Shown here piece by piece: positions 42,127-55,559 of a stretch of DNA of 248,000 nt. The notes under the pieces were generated by a model. That model did no database searches, was not told where the DNA came from, and was given only the letters and a program-made list of their open reading frames with translations. This DNA is from Wallemia ichthyophaga EXF-994 (Eukaryota > Fungi > Basidiomycota). The position numbers were made by a program, and so were the translations under genes. The stretch's first letter is position 1. Each line of letters starts with the position of its first letter. Location of the stretch: the NCBI RefSeq assembly GCF_000400465.1, contig NW_008806280.1, positions 20,001 through 268,000 of the forward strand, in the 5' to 3' direction.

Positions 42127-45100
42127 ATGGATGATGACCATCCAATTCCACAGGCAGTATCAAATTTGAGGGATACGAATAAACGGTCTTCATCACAGCC
42201 TAGCAGCAGATCAGTCACTTTCTCAATTCGAGATAATGACGTTAATAATGTTGATAACGATAACGCTGTGGCAGATACAGACACTGAGGATGATTATGAT
42301 GATAATCACAGATACAGGCGCAGTCTCCGTTTCGAGGATGACCTTGATACAGGCGATGTTAATCACAATGATACCCCGGATCAGGACGACGCTTGCATGG
42401 GAAATCCGGAGAAAGTAAACGCTGATCTTGAAACGCAAGCAAAGGACACAGAACACGCGGAACCGCCACAACCACCATCACCTCGACAACCTAAATGGCA
42501 CAAATTCATTCAATGGAAGTACATTCGCTGGTTATATACAAATCACTCTTGGCATCACTTCAGACCTGTCATTAGAGCAAGTTTGGCTGCATGGCTTGGT
42601 CTTCTCCTTTTCCTCATTCAACCCGTCTTAGTCTTGATGGGCCAGGCTGCTTTCTATATCCTCGTTTGTGGTTTCTTGGCATCTCCACGTGATGCTATTT
42701 TACCAGACATTGAGCGTCAGATCATAAACCTAGTCTTTGTGTGCGCAGCCTGGGCTTGGTCAATAATCGGCCTTTCGATCGGTTTTGCAGGACGAGACGA
42801 AGCTCAGAACGAAGCTACAATGTCAGCCGTCCTTGAAGAAGCAAGCGCGATGAATAATTCTGATCTACAGCTATACATTCAACAGCAAGCTGTGGAAGGC
42901 CGGTTCATCCAAGCATCAACATCAGTCACAGCGGCCATCTTCCTTGCCTTCGGAAGTGGATTTTTCCTCTATCTTAAATCTAAACTATCACCACCACGCT
43001 ATGGAGTAGCCTGTGTGTTTTCGACAATCTGTCTGATCGTATCGTTGACACAAGGTCATACCGCTTACTCCCCCAATTACAAGATAGGATCGTATTTCGC
43101 TCTCCCTCTAGCATTACAGTCAGCAATCAATATTCTTTGCTCTATGTTCGTGCTACCTGTCACTGTCAACCACCAATTCTTGCTTGGATTACAGGCGGTA
43201 CTCCAACCGCTACAAAAGTTTACTCACGCAGAAACTGATTTGTTGGGCATTCCTGTCACGTCCGAGGATTGGATAGAAAGGGTAAGGTATCTCAAGACGC
43301 TCAACTCCCAATCCGTTCAAGCAATGATAGCGGTGCGTAGCAAGGACGCTCACGTCTTCCGTGAATACAGCTTCGGATTGTTGAGAGGCAGGGATTGTCA
43401 TGAGTTGTTGGAATTGATACGAAATGTCCACCTGCGTAGTGGTGGGTTTATCACTTTTAGCGAAGCTTTGTTGGTCGCGTTTCACAACAAACACATCTTA
43501 CAAGAAGCTGTAACACTAGCTGAGCCTGAAGATGTAGCGCAGAGTGCGGCATCTATTTACAGCCCCTCGAGAAACCCATCTCCCTTCTCATCTCAGCAAA
43601 ACACACCTAGGAGCTCAGTCGCTCTGTCGAGATACGATACTGGTGACTCGAGGGATGTTGACAGTCATCATTCAGCTTTGCACATCTTTGGTTCGCATAG
43701 TATAGGTACTCTCACAGAACTGCTGCACAAGTCGAAGAGGAAACATGTTGCACCAATTGGTGTCTTTGAATCCCAGAGATACATGGCGCTTGAGGAGCGT
43801 ATGAAATTCACTGATCAGGAGTTCGTGAGGGCACATTTTGCAATAGTCAGTGAACATTCGAGAGATCTTAACGATACCACGGCTGTTACTCTAGCACACG
43901 TCCAGAAGCAAATCGAGAGGGTTGATCGTGTTAGACTAGGATCGTGGCTTTTTCGTCGGCACGATTCTCCAGGCGAGGGTAACGCGATTATTGAGAATAT
44001 GGAGATTTGCGATAATCTCCGCCGCGCTATCACCAAATTCAAGACTGAGGATAGACTAGCAGTACTGAGAAACTACTCTCAGTTCTTCGATGGCTCGCAG
44101 CCACGCGCAAAAATACCTTACAGAGCTTTGTTTTGGAGCTTCAATTATCAGTACTACCTCCTCGGTTTCTCAGGTGCACTCCTAGAACTTGCCGAAAAAA
44201 TGTCCAATCTCGAAGCTAAGCGAAAAAAGCCTAGACTATGGATTCCTGAAGTGCATCTCTTTGGCTGGTTTGCTAGTAGCACCGAAAAGCATGGCGAAGA
44301 GGAAGAAGACGATGACGATCCCGAGCACATGGCAGATGTAATGGAAGTATACCCTCAATCGAGAGATCCCGACGTTCTAGCACCTTCGAATGTTTTTGAA
44401 AGATTTGGGTGGGTGTTTGTTTGATGCTAAGCTGATATATACTGAACGGACACCTTAAGATCAGTGTTATGGAAATTGTGGATGTTTGTTATGTCCAAAC
44501 AGTCTTTGTTTGCGCTCAAAACTGCGCTTCTGGTTGCCCTCGTTACGCTGCCTGCCTTCCTGAAAACCTCGGCAGGGTTTTACTATTACGAACGGGGATT
44601 ATGGGTCGCAATTATGGCCAATTTGACACACAGTCAACACCGAGTGAGTATTTGAGAGTTTTCACTTAGTTATAATGTCTGACGATTGGGTACAAAGGGT
44701 GATACTCTCTTCAATTGGTTCACGCGTCTGGTGTACTCTGTAGTCGGTATTTTCAGTGGTCTGCTGATATGGTAGGTAGTTGTTTGTTCATTTCTCAGTT
44801 GTTGACAAAGTGTAATTTTCTCATTAGGACAATAGCAGCTCAAAAAGGAACAGGTAATCCATACGCTGTCGGCGCGACGTGCGCAGTAGCATTCCCGATT
44901 ATGTTCTACATAGTCATGTATTTCCCCGGTACGAATGTAGGATTGATGGTGTTAATGGTTTCTGTAGCTATGGTTTTGGGCTATAGCTGGCAAGACGCAC
45001 ACAATCCATCGCTTGTGAATGTCGGATGGGGATGGGATCTAGCTTGGAAGAGACTTGTTTTGGTAATCATTGGCGTTACAGCTGCATTCGTTTTCGCATA

Positions 45101-45860
45101 CGTTCCACCAGTCTCCAGTGCCAAGAGACACCAGCGGTATATATACTCGCGCACAATAACAACAACAGCCAATAGCTGGTGTGCTATTGTTGGATATGCA
45201 CTTAACAGTCATCATAGGGATATCGATGAGCAGGCAATAACCAAAACACTTCTTGCGGTTAAGTCGAAACTTCGGAAAAGTAAAGCTAGACAGGATTTTG
45301 CAGCTTTCGAATTCAGCTTAAGGGGTAGATGGCCTAGAGCGAGGTATGAAGCATTGCTTAATGTGCAACTAGATTTAGTAGAGCTGCTGTCGCAATTCAT
45401 GGCTGTTGCGAAAGAGTTAGACCCGCTGTGGATGCAGTGCGTGATGAGTCGGAGCAGATATAACGATCATAGATTTGTGGGTGGTGATTTACAATTTGAA
45501 TCTTTAGCTGACAATGATACAATACAGGTCGGCGATGTCTTGGCTTGTTTCGAAATGTGCGCTACGAGTATCAAGACAGGAATGCCCCTTCCTCAGATAA
45601 CACCTTGTCCGTTGGTAGATCGGGGATATTCAGCAAAATTAGGATTGGATCTTGGCGAGCACGTCCCGGATGGACTACCATCGCATGTTGATTTCAATGT
45701 TTTGAAAAGCGAGGAGTATTGGGTGGGTTTGAAGTGGGAAACAAGTCTTTTCTGACAAAATCACACCAGCTTTATTGTGTCGCCTACTCGCTATCGCAGT
45801 CTATTTTGATCCGATTGGATAGACTAATGATTTACACCAAATCGCTAGTTGGTGAGCAAT
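42127..45860 (+). CDS. ArAE_2/Bre4-like multi-pass membrane protein
   Basis: W.HFRPVIRASLAAW; EFSLRGRWP; AWKRLVLV. Confidence 0.75.
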
Positions 45861-46077
45861 TCCATATTATGTTAGATGTTTAGACGGGAGGTTTAATTTA
45901 GTCTCGATAGTTGTATTTTTAAGGATTTATGTAAAGCATTGTTAATATCATCTACGTTAGATTGATTGGTTGTGTTTGAGTTTTGCTCACGTTTCATAAT
46001 TCAGACAATCAAAGAGTAAAATCACAAAAGCAGCAGTAATAGCCCAACGAAAAGGTGTATGGAAACGTTACATGAAT

Positions 46078-46749
46078 CTAGTAAACGTAACCGAGGATCT
46101 TACCACCAGTGTGCTTACGTCTGGCCTCCTCGTGGTCGACGATGCCGGAAGAGGTAGTAAGAATGATCTTACCGAATGAACGAGCTGGAAGGAGCATAGC
46201 AACCCAGTTCTCGATTTGAGAGAGTTGTACGTTGAATCTTGGGGAGATAACACCGCACTTGTTCAAACGACCGTTGAGTTGAACGACGACCTTTCCAGAA
46301 CGGTGGTCATCGACTTCTTCAAAGTCGCCAATGTAGCCTGAGAGAGATGTGAGAAGGTGAATGAGGAAGGGAGATGGTTTGATTGGTTGTTAGGCGAATG
46401 AAAAAGAGAGTGAAAAAGTGTAATGTAGACACGTTACCGTTTCCAACGTATATGGGTGGATACGCAAGAATGTCTTTGTGTCAGTGAATATATCGACGTC
46501 TTAAAGAATGAAGGCGGGAGGAGTAGCCACAACATCAAACAGTTATAACGTCGAAAAGGAAGGATGAAAAAATTCACCTGACAACCAACCAAACCATTTC
46601 GAATAAAGCAACTCACCATGCTTTTGCATGACAGACAAGAACTTGACGACGACCTTTGAGGAAGGACGGACGAGGACTTGACGCTTTCCGCGACGCTCAG
46701 CGTTGACGATGTTGTTGAGTGCATCGTTGAGGATAGAGACACGGACCAT
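46078..46749 (-). CDS. RPS22: 40S ribosomal protein uS8 (S22/S15a)
   Basis: [22 protein letters not shown]; [10 protein letters not shown]. Confidence 0.96.
46421..46582 (-). ncRNA. Intronic box H/ACA snoRNA (probable snR44 orthologue)
   Basis: Hairpin GTCAG-GTGAAT/ATTCAC-TGAC, H box ACACAA, hairpin AGACA/TGTCT with CGTAT/ATACG, then ACA+3 nt, all inside the long RPS22 intron. Confidence 0.75.
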
Positions 46750-47039
46750 TTTGTCTGATGATGGCTAGAGTCAGTAAAGTGGCTTAACCCGACGAGGTAC
46801 ACTATCAACATGCAATTGACACTCTAGTGTTCTGTCGGGTTTGAAGGGTAATTCACACCAGCCACTAGAGTGTGTTGCATATTTCCATTACTACTAACCT
46901 TGTGAGCGTGGGCTGGGAGCGTTAAGAGAAGCCTCGAATATTTTCTTATTTTGAGATTTCGCGCATCTCACAAAATTTAAAAAATGGGCGAGGCGGATAT
47001 CGAAATTGAGGAAAAATCGAAAGCTTTGAGTTAACCAAG

Positions 47040-47695
47040 ATGGTGAGGAGAGGAAAATAGGTAGATTTGGCTGGTATTTGCAGGGAATGTGGAGGCTAGT
47101 AATATTCAAGGGTGTGGCTAGTAATTAAGCTAGTACATATTCCAGTTCAAACAATTCTTCTTCACAACGACTCAACCAGCCAAATCACCTGTACGCAATT
47201 ACTGGCACTAACACACAACTCTCCAGGGTCGCGTCCGTACAAAGACAGTCAAGCGCGCTTCTCGCGTTCTCATTGAGAAGTACTACCCAAGACTTACGCT
47301 TGACTTCCACACCAACAAGAGGATCTCTGACAGTGTAGGTAGCTTATAGATTGTGAATAACCCTCTTATTCGTTGTACAGGTCGCTGTCATTCCCTCAAA
47401 GAGACTGCGCAACAAAATTGCTGGATTCACCACCCACCTCATGAAGAGAATCCAGAAGGGTCCTGTCCGTGGTATCTCATTCAAGCTCCAAGAGGAAGAA
47501 CGTGAGCGTAAGGATCAATACGTTCCAGACGTCTCTGCTCTCGACACCACCGAGAACCCTCTCGAAGTCGACCCAGACACCAAGGACCTCATCAAGTCTC
47601 TCGGCTTCGACTCGCTCCCTGTCAACGTCGCCGCTGTCTCCTCTTACCAAGGCCCTGAGCGTCGTCAACGTCGTGCTGTTCCAGGTGCTGCTTAA
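47040..47695 (+). CDS. RPS17: 40S ribosomal protein eS17
   Basis: M|GRVRTKTVK; [28 protein letters not shown]. Confidence 0.96.
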
Positions 47696-47749
47696 ATTCG
47701 GTTTGAGTTTGAGTTTTGAATGTAATCATGTTTTATATGTACACGCATA

Positions 47750-48076
47750 AACTCCAAAACAGTGTTTGCTATTAGCTTGTTTTTACCTGCTTCTCTAAAC
47801 TTGATATCCTCGCTTTGAGGTTGTTGATGTGGGTTATCTGCAGTAATTTGAGTACTTACATGCCACAAATTCTCCACCCCCACCTACCGTATCATCCAGC
47901 ACCGTCAGCTTGAAATCACTCGGCTTAGATTTATCGTTGTTGGTATCGTTGCTGACGAGCTGTCGCAGCTCCTCGAAACGCATATTCACTCTCAACCTAC
48001 GTCTCTTCTCGAGCTCTGAATGCTGCTGCCTGCGATGTGTTTCCTTCTCCTCCTTTGTCAATTCGTACTTTGTCAT
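47750..48076 (-). CDS. Small bHLH protein
   Basis: HSELEKRRRLRVNMRFEELRQLV. Confidence 0.75.
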
Positions 48077-48232
48077 CCACGCCTATCCGTGTCCCGTGAC
48101 AAACGTTGAAAATGTACCATGTCATTGTGTCGATGACAGGCACGTGAGCGGCGTGGGCGGTTTGAGCGGTTTAAGCGGTAGTGAAATGTGCTATAGAAAC
48201 AGTGTATATACATTATAAAATATCCGTGAATA

Positions 48233-49749
48233 TTACACAAACAACCCCGCATTAGCAACACCTACCGAGAAATCCACCACCATTATCCGCTTGTCATGTG
48301 AAGCTGTGACGATTCTCCTACTATCAAAAGCGAGGTCAAATATGAGAGAGGAGTGATGATTGACCGTGTTAGTGTATTGAATATCGCCGTCGACCTTATT
48401 AAGATTCCACACCTTAACGCAGCGATCGTAGCTGCCACTAACAATGATACGACGTGCGCTATCGATCTGCAGCGACCTCACCAACCCAGCGTGACCGACG
48501 AGGTTACACAGGTGAGTTCCATCAGTAAGCGATAGCTGTATGGTATTATCAGAAGAACCCGACGCAATGACCTCATTGTCAACATCTATACAAGCAATAC
48601 CTCTACTATGCGTATTCTCAATCCGTCTCACCAACCTACCCTCATCGAGATTCCAGACATTGATAGCCTTATCGCCCCCCGCACTAGCGAGGACGTTAGA
48701 TTTGGTGATCGAGAGGCTGTTGACGGGCGACGAGTGTGCGTGATCGAGTTGGTAGAGCAAAGTGAGGCTCTTACGTGAGTAGACACAAATACTTGAGTCT
48801 TTACTACACGAAGCGATGAAATGGTTGTTGAAGTCTACATCGAGGACTCCCGCCGTGTGGTGTGAGAGTGTACGCGCTACTTTCGCCCGCCCTAGCGTAC
48901 GTCCACTGCCCAGCTTCCATACATGTACCACCCCATCAGAGCCGGCGGACACTCCAAACGTTTTGCAGAACTTGAGACTTATCACTGAACCGTCGTGCGC
49001 ATCAGAGTACGTCGCAAGCAGTCGCAGCGTCTGCATGTCCCAGATACGTATCGATCTGTCGCGCGAACCTGACAGAATCTTCTCGTCGTCGAACGCTACT
49101 GTGTACACCTGTGTGGTTGTCAATTCACACCTGCTGACACTGCCTACTGCCTTCAACCCACGCTGTCTGTGTGCCCTTGGAGGAAATCAATCTTGGGATC
49201 AGCACCACCAAACCACCTGCGCTCTAATTGCATCCTGCATTTGAACAACTCGTACCAGTCGAGTGAGGTTGGTTTGAAAGAGAGTGGAGTGAGTGGTGTG
49301 GATGGCGTGTGTGGTGTGTGTGGTGTGTGCACTGTGTGTGCTGGTGAATCAGTTATTGATAGTGGAGTGAATTGAGTGTTTTTGTTTATTCCACTCGCAA
49401 ATGCACTTCTGTTAACGCTATTTGATCTGCTTAATCCACTTGACCTAGATAAACTACCCACTGAGCTCGATCGAGAGAGTGTAGGTGGTGTGTATGCAGG
49501 TGTAGGCGGCGGTGTATCCTTCACTTGATCAGAAAGCTCCCAACCAAATCTGTAGAACAAGTCGCGGTATATGAGATTATCACTGGCTACATCATTCCAC
49601 GATTTACAAACTAATTGGCAGTTGAGAATGTCCTCAAGGTTTATGTGTACCAGTATGTATATTGATATTTCTAGTGGCAATTCACTTATTATATCCTTGT
49701 GTACTCCAGGTATTATAGCCGACAAAATATCCATAAACTTCATCGTCAA
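48233..49749 (-). CDS. F-box/WD40 protein (beta-TrCP-like)
   Basis: LP.EI...I F-box; GHTDSV; multiple WD repeats. Confidence 0.88.
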
Positions 49750-49865
49750 GATGAGAATGGCTGTGATAATTACGATATAAAATTGCTATTGCATATGAAT
49801 AGAGCCGTGATAATTAGAATGAACGGTGGTAATTATATGATAATACAAGTGTCTAGAAGATTCAT

Positions 49866-50603
49866 TTATAATACATTGCTGCTCTTTTTAGCGTGCAAAT
49901 TATTTGTCGCCTGGCTAATTAGATTATTCTGGCTGCTATGAGGCGATTGGATTGGTGTTTGTAGTGGTGTTGAGCTTGTTGAGGATGTGGCTGGTGATAG
50001 TGCAGGTGTATTACTGCTACCATAGTTGAGTCTATTAAGTTTGCTTGATAATATACTTGGTGAAGAAGGTAATACTTCAGCTTCCACGCTTCTCTTCCTC
50101 CAGATATTGAATACCTTTGTGAACTTGACTATCTCTTGGGTTGTAACACGCACGTCGCAGCTGAGATATCCAAACAACTCTCTCTCCACTGCATTGACCT
50201 CCCTCTGTGAAAATATCTGTTGAGATGCTATGTACCAGCTTTGATTTGTGAATGAATCGTCGTTGAACATTTTGTTCGTGATCATGATAGCTGCTAACCA
50301 TAGCCTATGTCCTGAACTGCCTTTGGCGTTGGGGTACCTCGCCTTCAACCTCTGCAATAGGATCAACGCTGATAACGCCACCGATATATGTAACCTTGTC
50401 CTGTACAGTGCATAGTGGATGAAATCGCCGAGACTGACTATCGACTTTGATTCGGGGCATTCGAACAAACTGCTAACAAAGTTGGCTGCATCTTTTGAAA
50501 ACTCTTTTCCAGCATTGTACCTCTCCGAAGTCGAGCCAGAAACTGCAGCGGTTGAGCCATAACTAGCGGAGCAGTGTGTGTTGAAGTTATTATTTGAAAA
50601 CAT
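49866..50603 (-). CDS. Pho85-type (Pcl/Clg1-like) cyclin
   Basis: LILLQRLK..P, HRLWLAAIMITNK..ND, ERELFGYL. Confidence 0.82.
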   Translation of the reverse strand: MFSNNNFNTHCSASYGSTAAVSGSTSERYNAGKEFSKDAANFVSSLFECPESKSIVSLGDFIHYALYRTRLHISVALSALILLQRLKARYPNAKGSSGHRLWLAAIMITNKMFNDDSFTNQSWYIASQQIFSQREVNAVERELFGYLSCDVRVTTQEIVKFTKVFNIWRKRSVEAEVLPSSPSILSSKLNRLNYGSSNTPALSPATSSTSSTPLQTPIQSPHSSQNNLISQATNNLHAKKSSNVL

Positions 50604-51892
50604 TTGTTGCTTTGATGGTTCGAGTTTGAGCTTTGGAATCGATTTTGACCTTACTTTAGTCACTCGGTCTCGATGAGTCGAAACTTCCCCACCAATTTGA
50701 CAGAGATTATTGTGGCTATTTTTCAAATTTTTGCTTCTAATCTGGTAAATTCGGGTGTCTGCATCTTAATTAGCTTCTCCTCTTCTCTCCCCGCTCACTC
50801 CTTGTCCTCGCCGACACATTTTCTCTGCGAAAAATTTGAAAATCTCGGAGTATTTCTCGAGGTACGTGCTAGAATGGTCTGTGATGTGACAAGCGGGGAT
50901 AATTGTGCTGAGGCGGCCATTTCAGTGCACTCAAAGCACGTGCCACCCCACACCCATTTCTCGGCCGTCTCATAAATAACCTCCGACTAATCAGCTTATC
51001 CAATATCTTACACTATGCATAAATCCGCAGTTGACAAGCGTTGTAAATAATACATTATAAATCTTATATTTTTTACATTATATCTATTAAATTTATACAC
51101 GCAGCGCTATAAACGGTGTACTCCGCAATACCATAGACCATTCTACGCGCGACAGACGCACTACGCACTTTTCGCAGTCTAGTCCAATTTAATCTAGTCT
51201 ACTTGCACAGCTGTGGAGTCTCGAGTCTCGAGCATTCGACGCGCATCTGCATCTGTCTACGTGCATTGCGGTGCTGCTCTAAAATTAATAAATTGGACCG
51301 TGGACTACCTACCACCCAAGTACCTCCCAAGTATCAACCTCATGCCACCTCTCGGCTGCATCTTCTCGCCCGCGCATGCCCTCGCATGAACCTCGCATAT
51401 GCCGAAAAGAGTCTGACGACAAGTTTCACACCCGTTCAACTCCCCGGCACCGCAGCTCTGCATGATGTGTGTAATCTGCGTGACTCATTTTGTCTGCTGA
51501 CCGTCTCGTTACGTGGCATTACATTGCATTTCTCGCCTGAAACTATCCGATTTGTGCGTCGCGCGTGTCGCATTTCGCCTATCGCCTTCGCATTTCGCAT
51601 CGCCCTTGGCCCGTCGCGTATCTACCCCGCCTCAGCTGATTTGCTTCTTCGCCTTGCGTCCCCGAGACAATCACAATCACACAATTGATAACTCGGGCAA
51701 GGCGATAATGATAGTGATGGCAAGTGGCAGGTGGCTGATGGAAATACCTGGAGCACATATGACCACGTTGATTAGAAATTAAACAGCACAAAACACAACA
51801 TGTCATTCCATATGCACTATATATATTCTCTTATTTAGCGTGTACACGCTCATCCACTCCCTCACAAAAGCTCCACCGCTCCACCTCCACAC

Positions 51893-52433
51893 CTAGAAAT
51901 TGAGTGATCGCAGATAATCGGCAAGCTCCTCGACAACCTTAGTCGCTTCGCCTGGGAGTACAGGAGCGTCGTATTCCGTGACGAGGATCGCCTGTACAGT
52001 GCGCACGATAACGCATCCATTAGGCTGTAATTGTGTCAATGTGGGCCATGACGTTCATGACGTTGCCACGGCACACTCACCCCCTTCTTCCCATACACCT
52101 TCCCCTCGTCAGCCTGAAGAGTGAAGAATTTCTGTCCATTGAGCTTGATGCCTGAAGCCTGCGTGGCTTCAGAGTTGGAGAAAGACCCAATGATCGCTCT
52201 CTGCTCTTCCGGAGTGAGCTGGAGGTTGTGTTAGAATGTACATGCACACTAAACTCCCAGCCCCGATCGCTACTCACTTGGTAACCTGCACTTATCGCCC
52301 ATATCCCGCCGTTCACTCCCATGATCGCGGCTCTGGATACCTTTTGCGTGCCGACAAGATTTCCATCTACGTATTCTGCGCTGCTTCAGTTGGCTCATAA
52401 ACACTCCCCTTCACACTCACGCTGCCACGACAT
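51893..52433 (-). CDS. PFY1: Profilin (4 introns)
   Basis: Read by hand: MSWQ|AEYVDGNLVGTQKVSRAAI..KFFTLQADEGKVYGKKG|..GEATKVVEELADYL. Confidence 0.92.
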
Positions 52434-52984
52434 TTCTACTGTGGTATATGTGGTGGTTCAACCAAACGACGCACTCCAAGTGGGCCAAATGAGTCAAAAT
52501 TTACTGTAAGCACACGATAGTATTTATGGCTGCTTGTTTTGCTCTATTTGAACCCTTCTTTGTCGCACACATCGTTTTACATGTACGTCACTCACTGCCA
52601 CTGCAACTGCAACTGCAACTGCAAAATGGACATGTCAATGTAAATTTATAAGCTTATTCGTTGTACGCAACTATTAGCCTGATCTTAACAAATTATCTCC
52701 TAGCCTCTTGACTGGGATGTTTGATTCAATCGAGTTTTGGATTTTGTCGTGTACAGCTATGACTATCACATTTTTATAGCGCGTCATTTTACTTCCAATT
52801 CTATCCTAAAATTAGTCAGCCTTAACTTTACTGTGTTAACTTCACCTACACGTGTACGTCCGTAAACCGATTTCCCAAAAAAACGAGACAGTTAATTTCG
52901 TACACCATTGAGCCTGTCGGTAGTACAATAAAAATCCTTATTCATCGAATAATATCTCAATCGTGAACTAACTACATTCTACTT

Positions 52985-53420
52985 TCCCAATCCTATAAAA
53001 AGACTACCATACTATCCAATATCGCGATGCTGTTACCGGGTTGTTATTGGTTAGACGTATTCCGCTATAACTACAATTGTGTTACAGGTCTTAATCACAC
53101 ACACATCGCGCTATTGATTCGTCAATGATCGATCATCGATCATTCACGGACAAGGATACCCACTCCGTCCCTGCCTAGCACGCTGTCTTCTTCAGCCCTC
53201 CTAATTCCGAATTTGCTTCCACTAAGCATGAAACCGTTTTGATATATTTCATCTGGGTTGCGGAATGACTTCAGGGTTTTTTCTGCTCTGTCTCGTTGAA
53301 CTGAGAAGGCGTTAACGGGTACACGTTGCTTGATCAAACGCCACCATTCGTCTCGAATCCCGGACTTGAATCCAAAGTACCTTCATACTTACTAACAATC
53401 GCTGATCTTGCTACATGCCC
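52985..53420 (-). pseudogene. Divergent profilin paralogue with nonsense and frameshift lesions
   Basis: ARSAIV, SFRNPDEIYQNGFMLSGSKF, SVLGRDG|, VIKT..IVVIAEYV* then +1 shift to PGNS; intron positions match PFY1. Confidence 0.65.
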
Positions 53421-54590
53421 CGATACAGCAATAATTTGGCCTAAATATGCTAATTTGTGTTAATCGTGTTTAACTATACACTTACACTGCCACGACATGC
53501 TTGTTTTGCGAAAATTTTCCTACAATCAAAGCGAAATTCACTTAACATTGAAACTTTACGAGCAGCTGGCTGAACACTTAATTGAAAATTTCATCAGCCT
53601 CACACACCAATCTATGTACTATTTATATCGCAAAAATGTAACAAACTTATTCAATAACGCACCAATTTCTCAACCAGATCCGATACATATCCTTCAACTG
53701 TACCGATCTTTGCTTCTTCGGTGAAAAATGCGATAATATTCACGTTATCCGACGACGAAATGAGGCAAAATTCATGCTTTCCTTAAAAATAATCAGCGTT
53801 GACGTGGTATTGTTAGAAAACCCTACAGTCTGGCAAATTCCGAGCAACGTCAGCTTGAATAGATGAAGTGAAACTTCCTCTCCATTAATCTTGATAGAGC
53901 GTAATATATTTGAAAATTGAATCGATGGAAAAGTGCGTAACTAGTTTTTGATCTTCTCCACTTATTTATGCTAGTTATTAACGTATTGAGATTGCTCAAA
54001 CATCATTAAACACCTCAAATTCCGAACTGGAAGCCAATTGCCTCCATCATACTTAATAATAGTTGCATCTTTTATGAGGGAATACACGAGTTTCTCAACC
54101 TTATCCATTCCATCTTAGTCTTCGTACTAAAATCTTCAAGATACACACTAACACTACCAATCAACTCCTTCAGACATGATTGTTATTAATAATCGTCAAT
54201 GAACCAGTTGCGTGTCTCATGACGGATTAAGTTGAATTGAATAATTCAAGTTTTGAATGTGAAACTAGGTGAAACGCACCATGAATCACTCCAGTTGCAT
54301 CTCCTCGAACAACTCCTCGTATACGTCAATTGTCACAGCTAAGACAATGAACATAACCTATTCAGAGCGCAATTATACATTCATTTGCACTCTCAAATGA
54401 AACAGCGATAACTTTACAGGATATCCAACACCTACACCTCCCCGTCCGTAAAAAATTCATAAATAGATAGGTGTATCACTTTAAGCCATCGAGCCTGATT
54501 GTAGATGCCATTGTAAATTCAAAGTTGTCTTTGAATGGGATCATTGTGGATTTTGTTCATTTTCTATCTGATCTGAGAACAGAATCAACT

Positions 54591-55464
54591 TTAAACTCGA
54601 TTAATTGAAACAATTTTAACGTTACAAACAGGGCAATTCAAGTAGCTGCTCAAATAGCCCACTAAACACGCATAATCGTATACGTGTCCACATTGCGCTG
54701 CATACGAAACTCCGATATCGTTATTACAGCACACAGCACACCGACTAACACCATCGCCGTGCTCTTGCGTTACAGGCAGGGTTCTACGAGGTGTGAGTGT
54801 GCTCCTGCTTGTATAAACGCTGTAAACGAATTCCTGTGTTGTAATAATTCAGCATTGCACCTCACCCTGCCTTGTCGAATAGATACGCACAGTCATTACA
54901 CTCCAGACTAGCTGCCGCTGCGTGAATTCGAGGTTGATGTTGGTGACGCACCCGCTCCCCTCCACTCCCAATCCCAGCATTCTCTCGCTCAGATTCGCAT
55001 AGCGTCCACCGGCAACAAAGACAAGCCAATTCGCAAGCCCTGCTGCATCGGCCACCCTCTCTGCAACTTCCAGTAGTGACGCTAGACGGCGCTTGACGTG
55101 GTATCTAGATAGACTGCTCCAGTCCTCCACTGCCACCTTGTCCTTCAGCTTTCGGTGTGCGTATGGGATTATAACACGAGTCATGACATAGAGAAGACTG
55201 GAAATTGTGTTTAAATTAGTGTATTTGAGCAAATGCAGATCCATTCCGTATATGCTCTTGAACGCTCGCAGATATTTCCACATGTAAACACTCCGTATCA
55301 ACGTCGTTATCTCATCTGCGTTGTTCATCTCGAAACCATTGAGCTGAGTGCTAGCCAATAAAGACACTCACCCCTAACACCCTCAGCGCTTCAACCACAG
55401 GTCGACTCAGTCCTCGCACCACCTCCTCGTCTAGCTCCTGTCCATCTAATCGCTGCACCCTCAT
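54591..55464 (-). CDS. PEX2: Peroxin-2 RING E3
   Basis: RVQRLDGQELD; NLEFTQRQLVW; C-terminal RING. Confidence 0.82.
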
Positions 55465-55559
55465 GACGCAAGTTTGAGAAACGAAATAAATGTATTTACA
55501 TTAAATTAGATGGAAATTTATTACTAGTCATAATTAAGCTAAATGAATGCCTGTTTATT

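Noticed and set aside
51203-51806. ORFs in the cyclin-profilin intergenic region
   Set aside because: No ATG-anchored, family-like protein; more likely an extended regulatory or UTR region.
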